DNA from: a virus | IMG/VR virus record: IMGVR_UViG_3300045012_000066 | Coordinates: 58,464-122,463 of that record | Direction: 5' to 3' (one strand) | Length of the DNA stretch: 64,000 bases | Part shown: piece by piece, positions 43,776 to 54,155 of the stretch | Layout: every line of letters starts with the position of its first letter | Numbering within the stretch: position 1 is the stretch's first letter | Notes under the pieces: model-generated | Told to the model about the DNA's origin: nothing | Database searches by the model: none | What the model saw: the letters and a program-made list of their open reading frames with translations, nothing else | Translations under genes and position numbers: made by a program

Positions 43776-45098
43776 ATGCCTAACTATCAATGGATTAATT
43801 TCGTCACGGGCCGGAACGAGCTAGCACAGCGGCTTTACGACGAGAACAAGGTCTGGACGGTTGACGCGGAACTGGGAATTTATATCCAGCAGGCGCTACG
43901 CATGTTCAATGCGCTGACCTACACATGGAAAGTGGATTACGTCTTCAATCCCACCACGCTATGGAATTCGCTGGGTGCGTTGCCGGGTTCGCCGCGTGTA
44001 CGCACGCTGACCGATATCGACTGCTACACGCAGATGGAGTACATGCTCTTGGAGCCGCCCTCGGGCGGTTTTTGGACCGGCACTCCGCAATTTGCCATCG
44101 CTGATTTCGCACAGGCGCTGCAAGGACGCAGGGATGAAGTGTTGCAGGTATCGAACTGCAACCAGCAACTCATGGCGAACATCGCGCTGACGCCGAATAC
44201 GCGGCGCACCGTGCTGCCTGACAACGTCATTGAAGTCGCCAGAACGCGCTATCTGCCGATCCCGTCGCTGGGATCACCCACCACACTTTTCCGCGACGAC
44301 ACGATTGCGCAGGAGTTCTACGAGTACGGCTTCATGCAGGCGCAGCCGAACACACCTAACACGTTCATGCTTTCGTCGGAGCCGCCGCTGTCTTGGGATG
44401 TCGATATCCCGCCGAGTCTGCCGGGAACGTACGAGGCCGTCACCCTTCTGTCGGGTCAGGCATTCGTTCCACCAGCACGTACGCTGCTGAATATTCCCGA
44501 CGACTTTATGTGGATGCTGATCTGGGGAGCGATGTCCGACCTGCTGGGCCGGGAGTCGGAAGCGGTAGACAGGCAACGCGCCGACTACTGCCTGAAACGC
44601 TACTTGGACGGGATGAAGTTAATGCTCAAGTCGCCATGGATCATGCTGGCGAATGTTACCGGCGTGCCTGTGACCACGCAATCCATCGTGGCGGCTGATC
44701 GTTACTCGCCGGAGTGGGATTCCAGCCCGACGACCTTCGGCCCTTTCATTGTGACGGGCGGCATCGATTTCTTTGCCTCGCCGCAGGGCACCAGTATCGG
44801 TTTAACCGTGTTAGGAAATGCGCCTGTACCGGTCGCGGATACCGATTTTATTCAGGTGTCGCGCAGCAACTGGAACACCATTCTTGATCTGGCGCAGTGC
44901 TTCGCCTGCTTCAAGATGGGCGGCGAAGAATTTCAAGCAGCACTGGAACTGGAAGCGCGGGCGGTACAGGCGTGTGCTGCGGAGAACTCACGGCTGAAGA
45001 GCACGGGAGCCTTCGCCGACATCCTGATCCAGCGCGGTCTGATGCAAGAGGTCGATCAGGAGCGGTACGCAACGGCATCGCAGGCTCCGTCGAGGTAG
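43776..45098 (+). CDS. Tail/adaptor protein (putative)
   Basis: 440 aa upstream of the large tail protein; assigned by position. Confidence 0.55.
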   Translation: MPNYQWINFVTGRNELAQRLYDENKVWTVDAELGIYIQQALRMFNALTYTWKVDYVFNPTTLWNSLGALPGSPRVRTLTDIDCYTQMEYMLLEPPSGGFWTGTPQFAIADFAQALQGRRDEVLQVSNCNQQLMANIALTPNTRRTVLPDNVIEVARTRYLPIPSLGSPTTLFRDDTIAQEFYEYGFMQAQPNTPNTFMLSSEPPLSWDVDIPPSLPGTYEAVTLLSGQAFVPPARTLLNIPDDFMWMLIWGAMSDLLGRESEAVDRQRADYCLKRYLDGMKLMLKSPWIMLANVTGVPVTTQSIVAADRYSPEWDSSPTTFGPFIVTGGIDFFASPQGTSIGLTVLGNAPVPVADTDFIQVSRSNWNTILDLAQCFACFKMGGEEFQAALELEARAVQACAAENSRLKSTGAFADILIQRGLMQEVDQERYATASQAPSR

Positions 45099-45107
45099 CG
45101 AGGATCA

Positions 45108-48100
45108 ATGCCTCCACAAAATTACCAGCGAGACAAGGACGGCGTCCGCTTCGATCTGATCGGCGGCATGAATACCATGCTGCCTACCGATTTAATGCAG
45201 CAGACGTTCCCTTATCTCCAGAACGTGCGCCGCAACCTTGCCGGACGCGCCATCTCGCGGCCTACTCTCTCGGGCAACTTCCTCCCCGCCGTCATCTTGC
45301 CGCCCACCTCGATGACCCTGATGAACGACCCGTACATGGTGACGCCGCCAGCGCTTGGGCCGACTACGTATGTGCTCATCCTTGGCGCGTCGGGGTTTTT
45401 GTATGTCAACGCGACGCAGTTAGTGTCCGGGCTGACCGGCCTGCCGCTGAGTTTCATCATCTTCGGCCCGAACACCACGCCGCAGCCATGGTGCTATGTG
45501 GCCGATGGGTCCATGGCAGTCACCATCCCGAATTACCCAGCCACGATTTACGGAAACCCCATCGCCGGAATGGTGAAGGTGCGTTCCGACAAGACTGTGT
45601 ACAAGACGGGGATCGCGGAGCCGCAGGTTGCGCCGAACGTCACACTGACCCAAGGCGCGGGTCCAAACTGGACGATCTATCGGTATGTCTATCGCTCCTC
45701 AACCACAGGAGCGATTTCCAATCCGTCCCCGGAATCCGGAGCGCTGGTGGCGGAGCAAGGTACGGATATCGGTGGTCCGATCAATGCGACGGCCACCGGG
45801 GTCACGTACAACGCCTCTCAGTACGAACCCAATCCAGACGATGCCGATCAGCTTCGGACCAGCGGGAACGTGGGCGGCGGAGTGTTAACGGATTTCATCA
45901 TCGTGACCGGCTTCGGCCTAGACGTTCCGGAGAATGTGCCCATCCAAGGCGTGACTGTTTCGATGAACTGGTATGGACAGAACGCCGGAGCGGGCCTGCT
46001 GTTCAATGTGTCCCTCTACTATCAGGGCAATCAGTTTGGGGCACCGAAATCTCCGGGCATATCCAACACCGGGCCGGACGACACAACGGCCACCACGACG
46101 CAGGGAAGCAACATTGATAGCTGGGGCGCGACTCTGAGTCCGGGAGTGGTCAACGATCCCACCTTTGGCTTCGGCGTGCAGATCGAGGCGGTCGTTGCCG
46201 ACAGCACGAACAGATCGTTCATCAACAGCTTCACGCTCACGGTGTATTACGCCAACCAGAATTCCACGGTCACCGCAACTGCTTCTCCTGACCCGCAGGT
46301 GGATAAGATCGATTTCTATCGCAGTGATCCGGGCTTGGATAACTTCACCTATGTAGGAACGATTTTAAATAGCGGGGCTGCGGCTGGACTGAGCGACACT
46401 CTGAGCGATCTGGCGGTCGCCGACAATCCTACCTTGGAGTTCGATAACTACGAGCCGTTCCCATCTATCGACCTGCCGCGTTCGGGAATCTGTAACGTGG
46501 CGGCGGTGAGTCAGTTTGTGAGTGGCGTCCAGATCGCCTCTCCGGGCAGCGGGCAGGCGAATGGAACCTACGTCATCCCGTCAACCGGTGGCGGAGGGAC
46601 GGGCGCGACGGTACAGATTGTGATTGCAGGCGGAATCATCACTACAGCCATAGTCCTGACTGGTGGGTCCAACTACACCTCATCGCCGACATTCCTAGTC
46701 CCGACGACTACTGGCACGACGGGAACTCTGGCCGCTAGCATCAGCCCGATCAATCCGGGAGCGCCGAACGTTACGTGGGTATCAGGGGATCAGTTCAACG
46801 TGCGCTGGCTTCCCGGTGACATCCTTCTTCTGGGCGGTTATCCCGGCTCCACGCAGCAGATTGCTTGGACGCTCTACGCCCGACCCATCTCGCCGACGCA
46901 GTTGCAGGTGTATCAAAGCATCATCGATCCAACCACCGGCATCCCCACATTTAATTTTCCTGCGGCAGGAACCAACCTGACCTTTGAGATCAGCGCAGCC
47001 ACGCTGGCGGCGCAACCTAGTCCTGTCATCTGGGGGCCGACGCCGGAGAATCAGGGATCATTTTATTTCGGTGTGGACCCACTGAATCCCGGTGATCTCG
47101 TGTGGTCGAAGGGAAATAATTTCGACTCCGCTCCCGACACCAATCGCATGATCGTCACATCTCCTTCTGAAATGCTGATGAACGGAACGATCACATCAGA
47201 GTTGAGCACTGTGTTTTCGACCGAGCGCTTCTGGCTGATCTATCCGAACTTCGCCGACGCTATCGCGACCGTGACCGGAATTACAGGTCCGCAGTGGACA
47301 CTGACACAGGCGCAGGCCACGCGTGGGCTGTACATGCGCTATGCGATTGCTTCTCTTGGTTCAATGATTGCTTACCGGGCTAAGGATTGTATTGCGGTGT
47401 CGATGGGCGGAGGCCCGGAAGAATCGATCACCGACCCCATCTATAACCTGTTTCCCCATGCCGGTGCGGTCCCGCAGCCGGTCGTGATCGCCGGGAATAC
47501 GGTGTATCCGCCCGATGATACCAAGCCTGCGGCGCAGACCATCACGCTTACGCCGAGCTACTTGTTTTATGACTACCAAGATACGACGGGCACGCCGCGA
47601 ACGCTGGTCTTCGATCTTCAGGCGAAAGGCTGGGGCGTCGATGTTTACAATCCAACCGTTAATTGCCACTTGTCCACGGTAGCCGGATCAGCCGCCCGAC
47701 TTCTGGCTGGTTGTTCCGATGGCACCGTGCGCGTGATTGGTGAAGGTCTGCCCAGCACGGAAACAGGTACGTCGATCATCCTGACGCGCTCTGAGAATGG
47801 CGGCGATGCGCGAGCACTGAAGCGCATGGGAGACATATTCTTCAAGGGTGAAATTCAGGCCAGCGCTCCCGTCACTTTGCAGTTCTGGCAGACGCAGTAC
47901 ACCCAGCAACTCTCAGGATTCTCTCCGGCAGTCCTCGCCGGGACCGGGAGCGTGAAGTACTTCATCGTCGATTTCACATCCGGCTTCGGCGAAGATGTGG
48001 ATGATATCGGCGCTGTGCTTTCATGGCCACTTGGCAGCAGTGACATTCTTGACTTATGGCAACCGGGTTGGACGTGGTTACCGGAAACAGTTCAGGATCG

Positions 48101-48749
48101 GCCATCGGACTGGGACGATGGCGGAACTGCGGGAAATAAATATGTGCAGGGCTTGCTGCTTGAATGCGATACGTTTGGCCAACCGAAAACCTTTCAGGTA
48201 GAGTCCGACGATGGCATCCTGCACACGCCTGTGCCCATGCCCTTCACCCAGAATGGGCAGGCGGTGGTGTCGTTCACCTTCAATCCTCCATTTACCGCGC
48301 ACATGATCCGCATCGTTTCAACCGATGGGGTTCCATGGAGATTCGGCCCGTCCGGAGGCTGGACATCTTCGTGGATTACGCAGCCCTATCCGGAGGCTAG
48401 CTCTTCGTGGACGACGCAGATGTCGAGCTTGGGACTGCTGGGCTGGAACCATATTTACCAGATCAATCTGGCTTACATTTCAGCTACGCCGATTACGCTG
48501 ACGATTAACACCGATCAGGGACCGTTTACGCTCACTTACCCTCCCAGCGCGGGCAATGTACCGTCGAAGATTCTCCTGAAGTGCCCAAGGAATAAGTGGA
48601 AAGTCGTTTCCTTTACCGCCACATCCACCGCCGCATTTTCGCTCTGGAAAGACCTGACGGAAGTGTGGGTGAAATCGTGGGGAAGCATGGGAGAGTACCA
48701 GAAGGTGAATCCCTTCGGCGGTGACTCATCGCCTGCTGCCCCAATTTAA
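45108..48749 (+). CDS. Podoviral tail nozzle / stabilisation protein (putative)
   Basis: 1213 aa, beta-rich, between adaptor and ejection proteins; GAGG SD. Confidence 0.55.
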   Translation: MPPQNYQRDKDGVRFDLIGGMNTMLPTDLMQQTFPYLQNVRRNLAGRAISRPTLSGNFLPAVILPPTSMTLMNDPYMVTPPALGPTTYVLILGASGFLYVNATQLVSGLTGLPLSFIIFGPNTTPQPWCYVADGSMAVTIPNYPATIYGNPIAGMVKVRSDKTVYKTGIAEPQVAPNVTLTQGAGPNWTIYRYVYRSSTTGAISNPSPESGALVAEQGTDIGGPINATATGVTYNASQYEPNPDDADQLRTSGNVGGGVLTDFIIVTGFGLDVPENVPIQGVTVSMNWYGQNAGAGLLFNVSLYYQGNQFGAPKSPGISNTGPDDTTATTTQGSNIDSWGATLSPGVVNDPTFGFGVQIEAVVADSTNRSFINSFTLTVYYANQNSTVTATASPDPQVDKIDFYRSDPGLDNFTYVGTILNSGAAAGLSDTLSDLAVADNPTLEFDNYEPFPSIDLPRSGICNVAAVSQFVSGVQIASPGSGQANGTYVIPSTGGGGTGATVQIVIAGGIITTAIVLTGGSNYTSSPTFLVPTTTGTTGTLAASISPINPGAPNVTWVSGDQFNVRWLPGDILLLGGYPGSTQQIAWTLYARPISPTQLQVYQSIIDPTTGIPTFNFPAAGTNLTFEISAATLAAQPSPVIWGPTPENQGSFYFGVDPLNPGDLVWSKGNNFDSAPDTNRMIVTSPSEMLMNGTITSELSTVFSTERFWLIYPNFADAIATVTGITGPQWTLTQAQATRGLYMRYAIASLGSMIAYRAKDCIAVSMGGGPEESITDPIYNLFPHAGAVPQPVVIAGNTVYPPDDTKPAAQTITLTPSYLFYDYQDTTGTPRTLVFDLQAKGWGVDVYNPTVNCHLSTVAGSAARLLAGCSDGTVRVIGEGLPSTETGTSIILTRSENGGDARALKRMGDIFFKGEIQASAPVTLQFWQTQYTQQLSGFSPAVLAGTGSVKYFIVDFTSGFGEDVDDIGAVLSWPLGSSDILDLWQPGWTWLPETVQDRPSDWDDGGTAGNKYVQGLLLECDTFGQPKTFQVESDDGILHTPVPMPFTQNGQAVVSFTFNPPFTAHMIRIVSTDGVPWRFGPSGGWTSSWITQPYPEASSSWTTQMSSLGLLGWNHIYQINLAYISATPITLTINTDQGPFTLTYPPSAGNVPSKILLKCPRNKWKVVSFTATSTAAFSLWKDLTEVWVKSWGSMGEYQKVNPFGGDSSPAAPI

Positions 48750-48754
48750 ATTTT

Positions 48755-49219
48755 ATGAGTACAGGAAGCACAGCATTACCGACATTCGCACCAAGGATCG
48801 AGCCGACGATCCCTCGCGACGTACAGCGCCATCTTCAATTGATCTACCAGACGCTGAATAACCATACGTCAGCCTTTCAGGCGCTGCCCAAGGCGACCAG
48901 CAACAGCACGACGGCTACCAATAAGACCTTTTTCCCGAGAATCTCTCCGTCGATTCCCCATGACGTACAGAACCATCTTCAATTAATTTACGGGGCGCTC
49001 AATAATCACACGGTTGCCTTCGGCAAGCTTCCGAAAGTAACCGCGACGCCGGAGACAGCCGCCACGCTTCAGCAGCAAGCGACGACGAAGTCGCTCTTTC
49101 CCCGCGTCGAGACGACGATTTCGCCATTAGTGCAACTGCACCTGCAACTTATCTACGGGAAACTCGACAACCACGCGCAGGCGTTCGCATTCTACAAACA
49201 GCACATGCCCACGAGCTAA
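48755..49219 (+). CDS. Three-repeat protein
   Basis: Three copies of F.PR(I/V)...(I)...VQ.HLQLIY..L.NH..AF. Confidence 0.7.
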   Translation: MSTGSTALPTFAPRIEPTIPRDVQRHLQLIYQTLNNHTSAFQALPKATSNSTTATNKTFFPRISPSIPHDVQNHLQLIYGALNNHTVAFGKLPKVTATPETAATLQQQATTKSLFPRVETTISPLVQLHLQLIYGKLDNHAQAFAFYKQHMPTS

Positions 49220-49235
49220 AGGAATGAATTCTCCG

Positions 49236-49339
49236 TTGCTTAACCGGCTGGAAGCGGCGTATTATCGGCGCAAAGAGACACGCGATCCCCGTGCGGACAG
49301 TCGGCGGCTCAACCTAACTGGTTGAGCCATTTGTCGTTT
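49236..49339 (+). promoter_or_regulatory. Late leader module F
   Basis: TTGCTT-18-TATTAT with GGAAGCGG in the spacer; GACACGCGA 49277; GGCTCAACC/GGTTGAGCC 49306-49328 + ATTTGTCGTTT. Confidence 0.55.
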
Positions 49340-49351
49340 ATGGAGGAATAA

Positions 49352-49861
49352 ATGAGCTTCTGGTCTTCCATGTTCGGTGGTTCGAATCCGACGCTGAATT
49401 CCGGGATCAACCAAGCGGGTCAGGTTGCCGGGTTCGGCACCAGTCAAGGCGAGGGGTTGCTCAGCAGCGCCGGGAACTTTTTCCAGACGCTGCTGGGCGG
49501 TAATCCGGCGCAGACAGCCAAGCTGCTGGCTCCGCAGATCAAGGCGCAGCAGGATCAGACGCAGCAGGCCAAGCAGACCATGGCACAGTTCGGCAACCGC
49601 TCAGGCGGCACCAACGCTTCAGCCCAGACCCTCGACGACAAGAGCCGCGCCAACATCAGCGACATGATTTCGAAGCTCACTGGAGAGGCTGCGACGGGAG
49701 CGGCGAGCACCGGATCGAACCTGCTCAGCACCGGCATACAGGCGCTGAACATGCAGGTCGGTTTCAGTCAGGACCAGATGCAGAACTGGGCGAACTCCAT
49801 CTTCGGGCAGGGCATGGCAGGCGCGGCTGGCTTTGGCGAGTCGGCAGCGCTGGGCGCTTAA
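49352..49861 (+). CDS. DNA-ejection/pilot-like protein
   Basis: GGAGG SD; G/A/Q/S-rich amphipathic 169 aa, FWSSMFGG N-terminus. Confidence 0.6.
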   Translation: MSFWSSMFGGSNPTLNSGINQAGQVAGFGTSQGEGLLSSAGNFFQTLLGGNPAQTAKLLAPQIKAQQDQTQQAKQTMAQFGNRSGGTNASAQTLDDKSRANISDMISKLTGEAATGAASTGSNLLSTGIQALNMQVGFSQDQMQNWANSIFGQGMAGAAGFGESAALGA

Positions 49862-49882
49862 GCAAGCAGGAAGGGACGCACA

Positions 49883-50227
49883 ATGGCAACCAACGCGTTT
49901 ATGGCAGGCTTCAACCTGAGGAAGAATAAGACGGGCGACGATAGCCAGTCCGGCACTGGAGCCAAGGGCACCAGCGGAGCGAGAGGAAAGGCCAGCGGTG
50001 GGATTCCGGGCCTGATCAGCGGAGCCATCCAGAAACGTCGGCAAACCAAACAGCAAACCAAGTCTCCGACTGCACCAGACCTTTCAAACGCCACGATTCC
50101 TTCTTTCAAAAAAGGCGGGCGCGTGAAAAGGACCGGCTTAGCATTCGTGCATCGCGGGGAACGGGTCATCCCTGCCAAGCGTTCCCGTACGAAGAGGTCC
50201 AGCAAACGGACTGTCACCAAGCCCTAA
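49883..50227 (+). CDS. Small basic virion protein
   Basis: SFKKGGRVKRTGLAFVHRGERVIP motif. Confidence 0.65.
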   Translation: MATNAFMAGFNLRKNKTGDDSQSGTGAKGTSGARGKASGGIPGLISGAIQKRRQTKQQTKSPTAPDLSNATIPSFKKGGRVKRTGLAFVHRGERVIPAKRSRTKRSSKRTVTKP

Positions 50228-50242
50228 TATGCGGAGCGCACA

Positions 50243-52450
50243 ATGGCCAGTTCGGCATTTCAACTCGGCTGGGAAGCCGCGCATCAGAAGAACGAGGAGA
50301 AGCGCCAGCGCAAGCTGAAGCTGGAGGACGAGGCTCGTCAGGACAAAGTAAAAGACCTGTTCGAACAGCGGCAGGCGATCCGGCAAAATCTGGCCGACCT
50401 CAATCTGCTGGACGCAACCAAGCCAGAGATCGCGAATGACCCTCGCCGCAAGAACGCTGACGCCGCGATGCTGGGCATCCAGACGCAACTGGACGAGCTT
50501 CACGACCCCGTCAAAAATCCCGGCGCACTCCAGCGAGACTGGGAATTCATCAAAGGGCTGGTTGGCCGAAAAAAGACGCAACCAGCCGCCGCCCCAGCGG
50601 CTCCGCCAGCGGCAACTTCAGCAGGGGCACCAGCAGCAACCGCAACCGCAGCCGCGCCACCGCCGACCCCCGCCCAGCTTCGTGCGCAGAATGAGGTGTC
50701 GCAGTTTTTGCTGGCCGCACCGTTGACGGAGCAGCAGAAAGCAACGTTTCAATCTCAGTCAGACTTCGACAGTAGGAGGCTGCAAATTGAAAATTCAAAT
50801 CGACTGGGCAAGCAACTGTTCGGCGACGACTGGACAAAGGAAGATGAAAAGAACACATTCCAAACTGCGCTTGGCGTCAACAAGACGCCAAAGTACTTCT
50901 CGCAGATCGTAACCACCAAAGACCCGGCTACTGGAGTAGATCACTACTGGCGCGTTCCACAAGACCCTTCGATGCAGCCGCAGGAGGTCGATTTTAACGG
51001 CCAGCGCATGATTCCGAAGCAGGTCAGAAAGGTCAAGATTGGCGTTGTGCCAAGCAAACAATCGCCCACCGGGTATGCTGAGATTTGGGGCGATCCCTAT
51101 GGTCCGGGAGATCAGACGCAATGGTCTTGGACGCCTATCGCAGCCACTCGCTATCAGCAGACAATCCAGACAACCGGGTACTCAAAAGACCCGTTCGGAG
51201 CGATTACCTCATCGGGCCGCGTCACAGGACCGGCGAATCAGCAGAGCATGGACCTGTCTGGGATCGGCGTGAGGCCAGAGGGTTATGCGGGCATCGAAGC
51301 GCCCACTGGCGCACCTCCGGGTGCAGCACCAGCGACCACCGCGACAGCACCGGCAGTGGGTGGCGATGCGGACTGGGCAGCAAATTATCGAGCGCCTCGG
51401 GGTATACCGACTCCGATTGCGCCACCGCGTCCTAGCGCTCAGACTGCGCCAACTCGTCCTAACATTCAGACAGCGCCAACGCCGCAAAATTTAAAACAGC
51501 AAGTCCCGACGCAACCGGTTGTCACCAACCCGCACGCTGCGGTCGGAACGTACGGCAACCCGCTCCCGCTGGACGAGAACCTGCACGTGCCGGATTCGGC
51601 AGGAATGCCCGAAAACATCAAAGGGTTCGTGGATCGACTGCTCGACGGCGCAGACATCGACAAGATGGGGCTGGCCGCTAAAGATAAGGCGATAGTTCAG
51701 CAGAATGCCGAAAAGTACGGTTGGTCACAAGGTCTTTTCACGCCGAAAGAGAAGCTGCTGATTCGTGAAGCTGGGTCGTTTTTAAAAAAGACACGCAACT
51801 CCAAGTCTCTTGATGTTCTGGGTAACTACTGGTCGCGGCAAAAAATCAGTAACGCCATCGAAGCGGCTGATCCTAAGGGTACGGGTGGATTTCTAAGCCA
51901 CCAGATCGCTATGACTTTTAGTCTCACCCCCGAGGAATCCGATTTCGTGCAACAGTTCCTGCAATTAAGGGGTGTTGTCAGCGGCCTGAGTGGCCTGTCC
52001 AGAGGCGGGAGGACGACGGAAGCAGGAATCTCACGCTTGCAGGCTGAACTGCCAAACCCCATGCTTACGCACGACGCGGCAACCGCGAGACAGCAGCTTG
52101 ACCGCTTATTGTCGGAGATCACTGTGGCGCAGAAACAAGGCTTCATTGCCGACACGGAAGAGGACAGCGTCGGCAGCAGGGTCGATGCGCTTGACAGGCT
52201 AGTTGGCGGGATGCCCGCGTTGCCAGCCGGTAAGGGTGGTGGTGCGCCGCCAGCGCCTAAGGCAGCGCCCAGCGCCGCACCGCAACCGCCGCCGAAGGCT
52301 GGACAGCCTGCACCGAATTTAAAACCCGGTGGTATCGTGTACCGCACGAATCCGGATGGAAGCAAGACCCCGATGAGGTACAAGGGTGGCGCGAAAAACG
52401 ACCCCAACAACTACGTAGAGGTGCCGAATGCCCCCGCAGCAAACCGCTGA
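50243..52450 (+). CDS. Internal virion/ejection protein (putative)
   Basis: 735 aa, coiled coils and Pro/Ala linkers; position. Confidence 0.6.
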   Translation: MASSAFQLGWEAAHQKNEEKRQRKLKLEDEARQDKVKDLFEQRQAIRQNLADLNLLDATKPEIANDPRRKNADAAMLGIQTQLDELHDPVKNPGALQRDWEFIKGLVGRKKTQPAAAPAAPPAATSAGAPAATATAAAPPPTPAQLRAQNEVSQFLLAAPLTEQQKATFQSQSDFDSRRLQIENSNRLGKQLFGDDWTKEDEKNTFQTALGVNKTPKYFSQIVTTKDPATGVDHYWRVPQDPSMQPQEVDFNGQRMIPKQVRKVKIGVVPSKQSPTGYAEIWGDPYGPGDQTQWSWTPIAATRYQQTIQTTGYSKDPFGAITSSGRVTGPANQQSMDLSGIGVRPEGYAGIEAPTGAPPGAAPATTATAPAVGGDADWAANYRAPRGIPTPIAPPRPSAQTAPTRPNIQTAPTPQNLKQQVPTQPVVTNPHAAVGTYGNPLPLDENLHVPDSAGMPENIKGFVDRLLDGADIDKMGLAAKDKAIVQQNAEKYGWSQGLFTPKEKLLIREAGSFLKKTRNSKSLDVLGNYWSRQKISNAIEAADPKGTGGFLSHQIAMTFSLTPEESDFVQQFLQLRGVVSGLSGLSRGGRTTEAGISRLQAELPNPMLTHDAATARQQLDRLLSEITVAQKQGFIADTEEDSVGSRVDALDRLVGGMPALPAGKGGGAPPAPKAAPSAAPQPPPKAGQPAPNLKPGGIVYRTNPDGSKTPMRYKGGAKNDPNNYVEVPNAPAANR

Positions 52451-54152
52451 TCGTCAGTCACAAAACGATACTCTGCCCAGCGGCATGTCGCAGGATGGCG
52501 GCGATACCTCTCCGGCGACTCCTCAGCAAGCTCTGGATACTGCTCACCAGCAACAGCAGGCCACTGAAGACTTCAAGAAGAAGTGGCTGGGCATGTCGCG
52601 TAAGCAGAAGGAGGACTACGCGAAGGGTTTGAGTGCCGATCAGGTGGGAACGATCCTCGATATCGACAATGCCCAGCACCCGACCGGAACGCTGGAGATG
52701 CGTGCCGCCCCACCATTGTGGTCAAAGGCGGGACTCAAGCAGCTAGGATACGATGCGATGGCCAAAGTGCTGACGGCGCTGCCTTCAATCGGTGGCATCG
52801 GCGGTGCATGGGGTGGCGGTGCGATGGGCGCTGGTGCAGGAACCATGGCACTACCGGGAGTCGGCACTGTTTCCGGCGAAGCTACCGGGCAGGTGGTCGG
52901 GTCTGCTCTCGGCGGTGGAACCGGCGAAGCGGCGCGGCAGGGGATCGAGCACCTGCTGGGATGGGACGAGGGTGAATATGCAAATGCGGGACAGCGCTGG
53001 AAGGATATCGGACTTGAAACTGCATATAACTCGCTAAGCGAATTAGTCGGAAGGGGTGTGGGTAAGGCTCTGACCGGTGGCACGGCTGCGGGCAAGGCAG
53101 AGAGGCAGGCGGCTAAGCTGGCCTTTGCTGGCGGGCTTGAGCACGGCGCAAACGCGCTGGGGCCGAGCGATCTATCGGTCATCCTTCCTGACCTGATCAC
53201 ACTGGAAAAGAAGTTTCCAGTTAGACCAAAGACGGGTACGGCGGACTTGGCCAATCTCATCGGTCAGCTACGAAAGAACGTTGGTGCGCAGGTTGACGAC
53301 GCTTATCTGCAAACCATCAATCAGGGAGGCACGCAAGTTCCACTTGGCATGGCGCAGGCCAACACGGCGAACATAGCCAACCGCGTGAACTCCCTTCTCA
53401 ATGATCTGAAGGTGAACCCGGATATCAATGCGCCAGCCATCAGAGAGGTGGAACAGGTCAAGCTGCTGGCTGCGAAGCCACGAACCTACGCGCAGTTGGC
53501 CGACTGGCGTATTCGCATCAACGACGAGATCAGGTCGTTCTACGAGATGAATCCGGGAGTAAAAAGAGTCGCAATGAATAACAACCCGGAGTTGGCGGCG
53601 AAGAAAGAGGTGGCCGACGCCATCCGCGACATTACTTATCCAGAGATGGACCTCGCATCCGGACATCCGAAGGGCACCACGGCGGCGCTGCAAAAGAAGC
53701 GCGGGATCGCCATGGACCTCGAAAGACAGGTACTGGATCACCGGAACAGGCTGCTCTCGAAGACAGCGATAGCCAAGGGCGAAAGTCCGCTAAAGCGGGG
53801 CAATTTCTCAATGTATGTGACCGGCAGTGGAAGGCCGGGTGGAGCGATGCACAAAGTGAAAAGCATCATAAGTGCCCCGGATGTGCTCAGCGATGCGGAT
53901 AAGCGGGCAGCGAGCGCCTTCGGTCGCACGTTTCCATCGAAGACGGCCAGAGCCTTAGCTCATCCGGTAACGCGTCGCTTTGGCCAAGGTGCCGCAGTCT
54001 ATGCCTTAACGCCCGGAACAAGAAGGCCGACAGGTGCGGCCACCCCACTGAAGACATACAAATTTAATTTCCAGAACAAGGACGGCCATAAGATCGGCAG
54101 CGACGATGGGACGATATGGTACGACCGGGAAACGGGAGAGCAGGTCCAGTAG
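52428..54152 (+). CDS. Internal virion/ejection protein with Gly-rich hydrophobic segment
   Basis: 574 aa; GGIGGAWGGGAMGAGAG...GGG segment; position. Confidence 0.6.
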   Translation: MPPQQTADRQSQNDTLPSGMSQDGGDTSPATPQQALDTAHQQQQATEDFKKKWLGMSRKQKEDYAKGLSADQVGTILDIDNAQHPTGTLEMRAAPPLWSKAGLKQLGYDAMAKVLTALPSIGGIGGAWGGGAMGAGAGTMALPGVGTVSGEATGQVVGSALGGGTGEAARQGIEHLLGWDEGEYANAGQRWKDIGLETAYNSLSELVGRGVGKALTGGTAAGKAERQAAKLAFAGGLEHGANALGPSDLSVILPDLITLEKKFPVRPKTGTADLANLIGQLRKNVGAQVDDAYLQTINQGGTQVPLGMAQANTANIANRVNSLLNDLKVNPDINAPAIREVEQVKLLAAKPRTYAQLADWRIRINDEIRSFYEMNPGVKRVAMNNNPELAAKKEVADAIRDITYPEMDLASGHPKGTTAALQKKRGIAMDLERQVLDHRNRLLSKTAIAKGESPLKRGNFSMYVTGSGRPGGAMHKVKSIISAPDVLSDADKRAASAFGRTFPSKTARALAHPVTRRFGQGAAVYALTPGTRRPTGAATPLKTYKFNFQNKDGHKIGSDDGTIWYDRETGEQVQ

Positions 54153-54155
54153 CTC

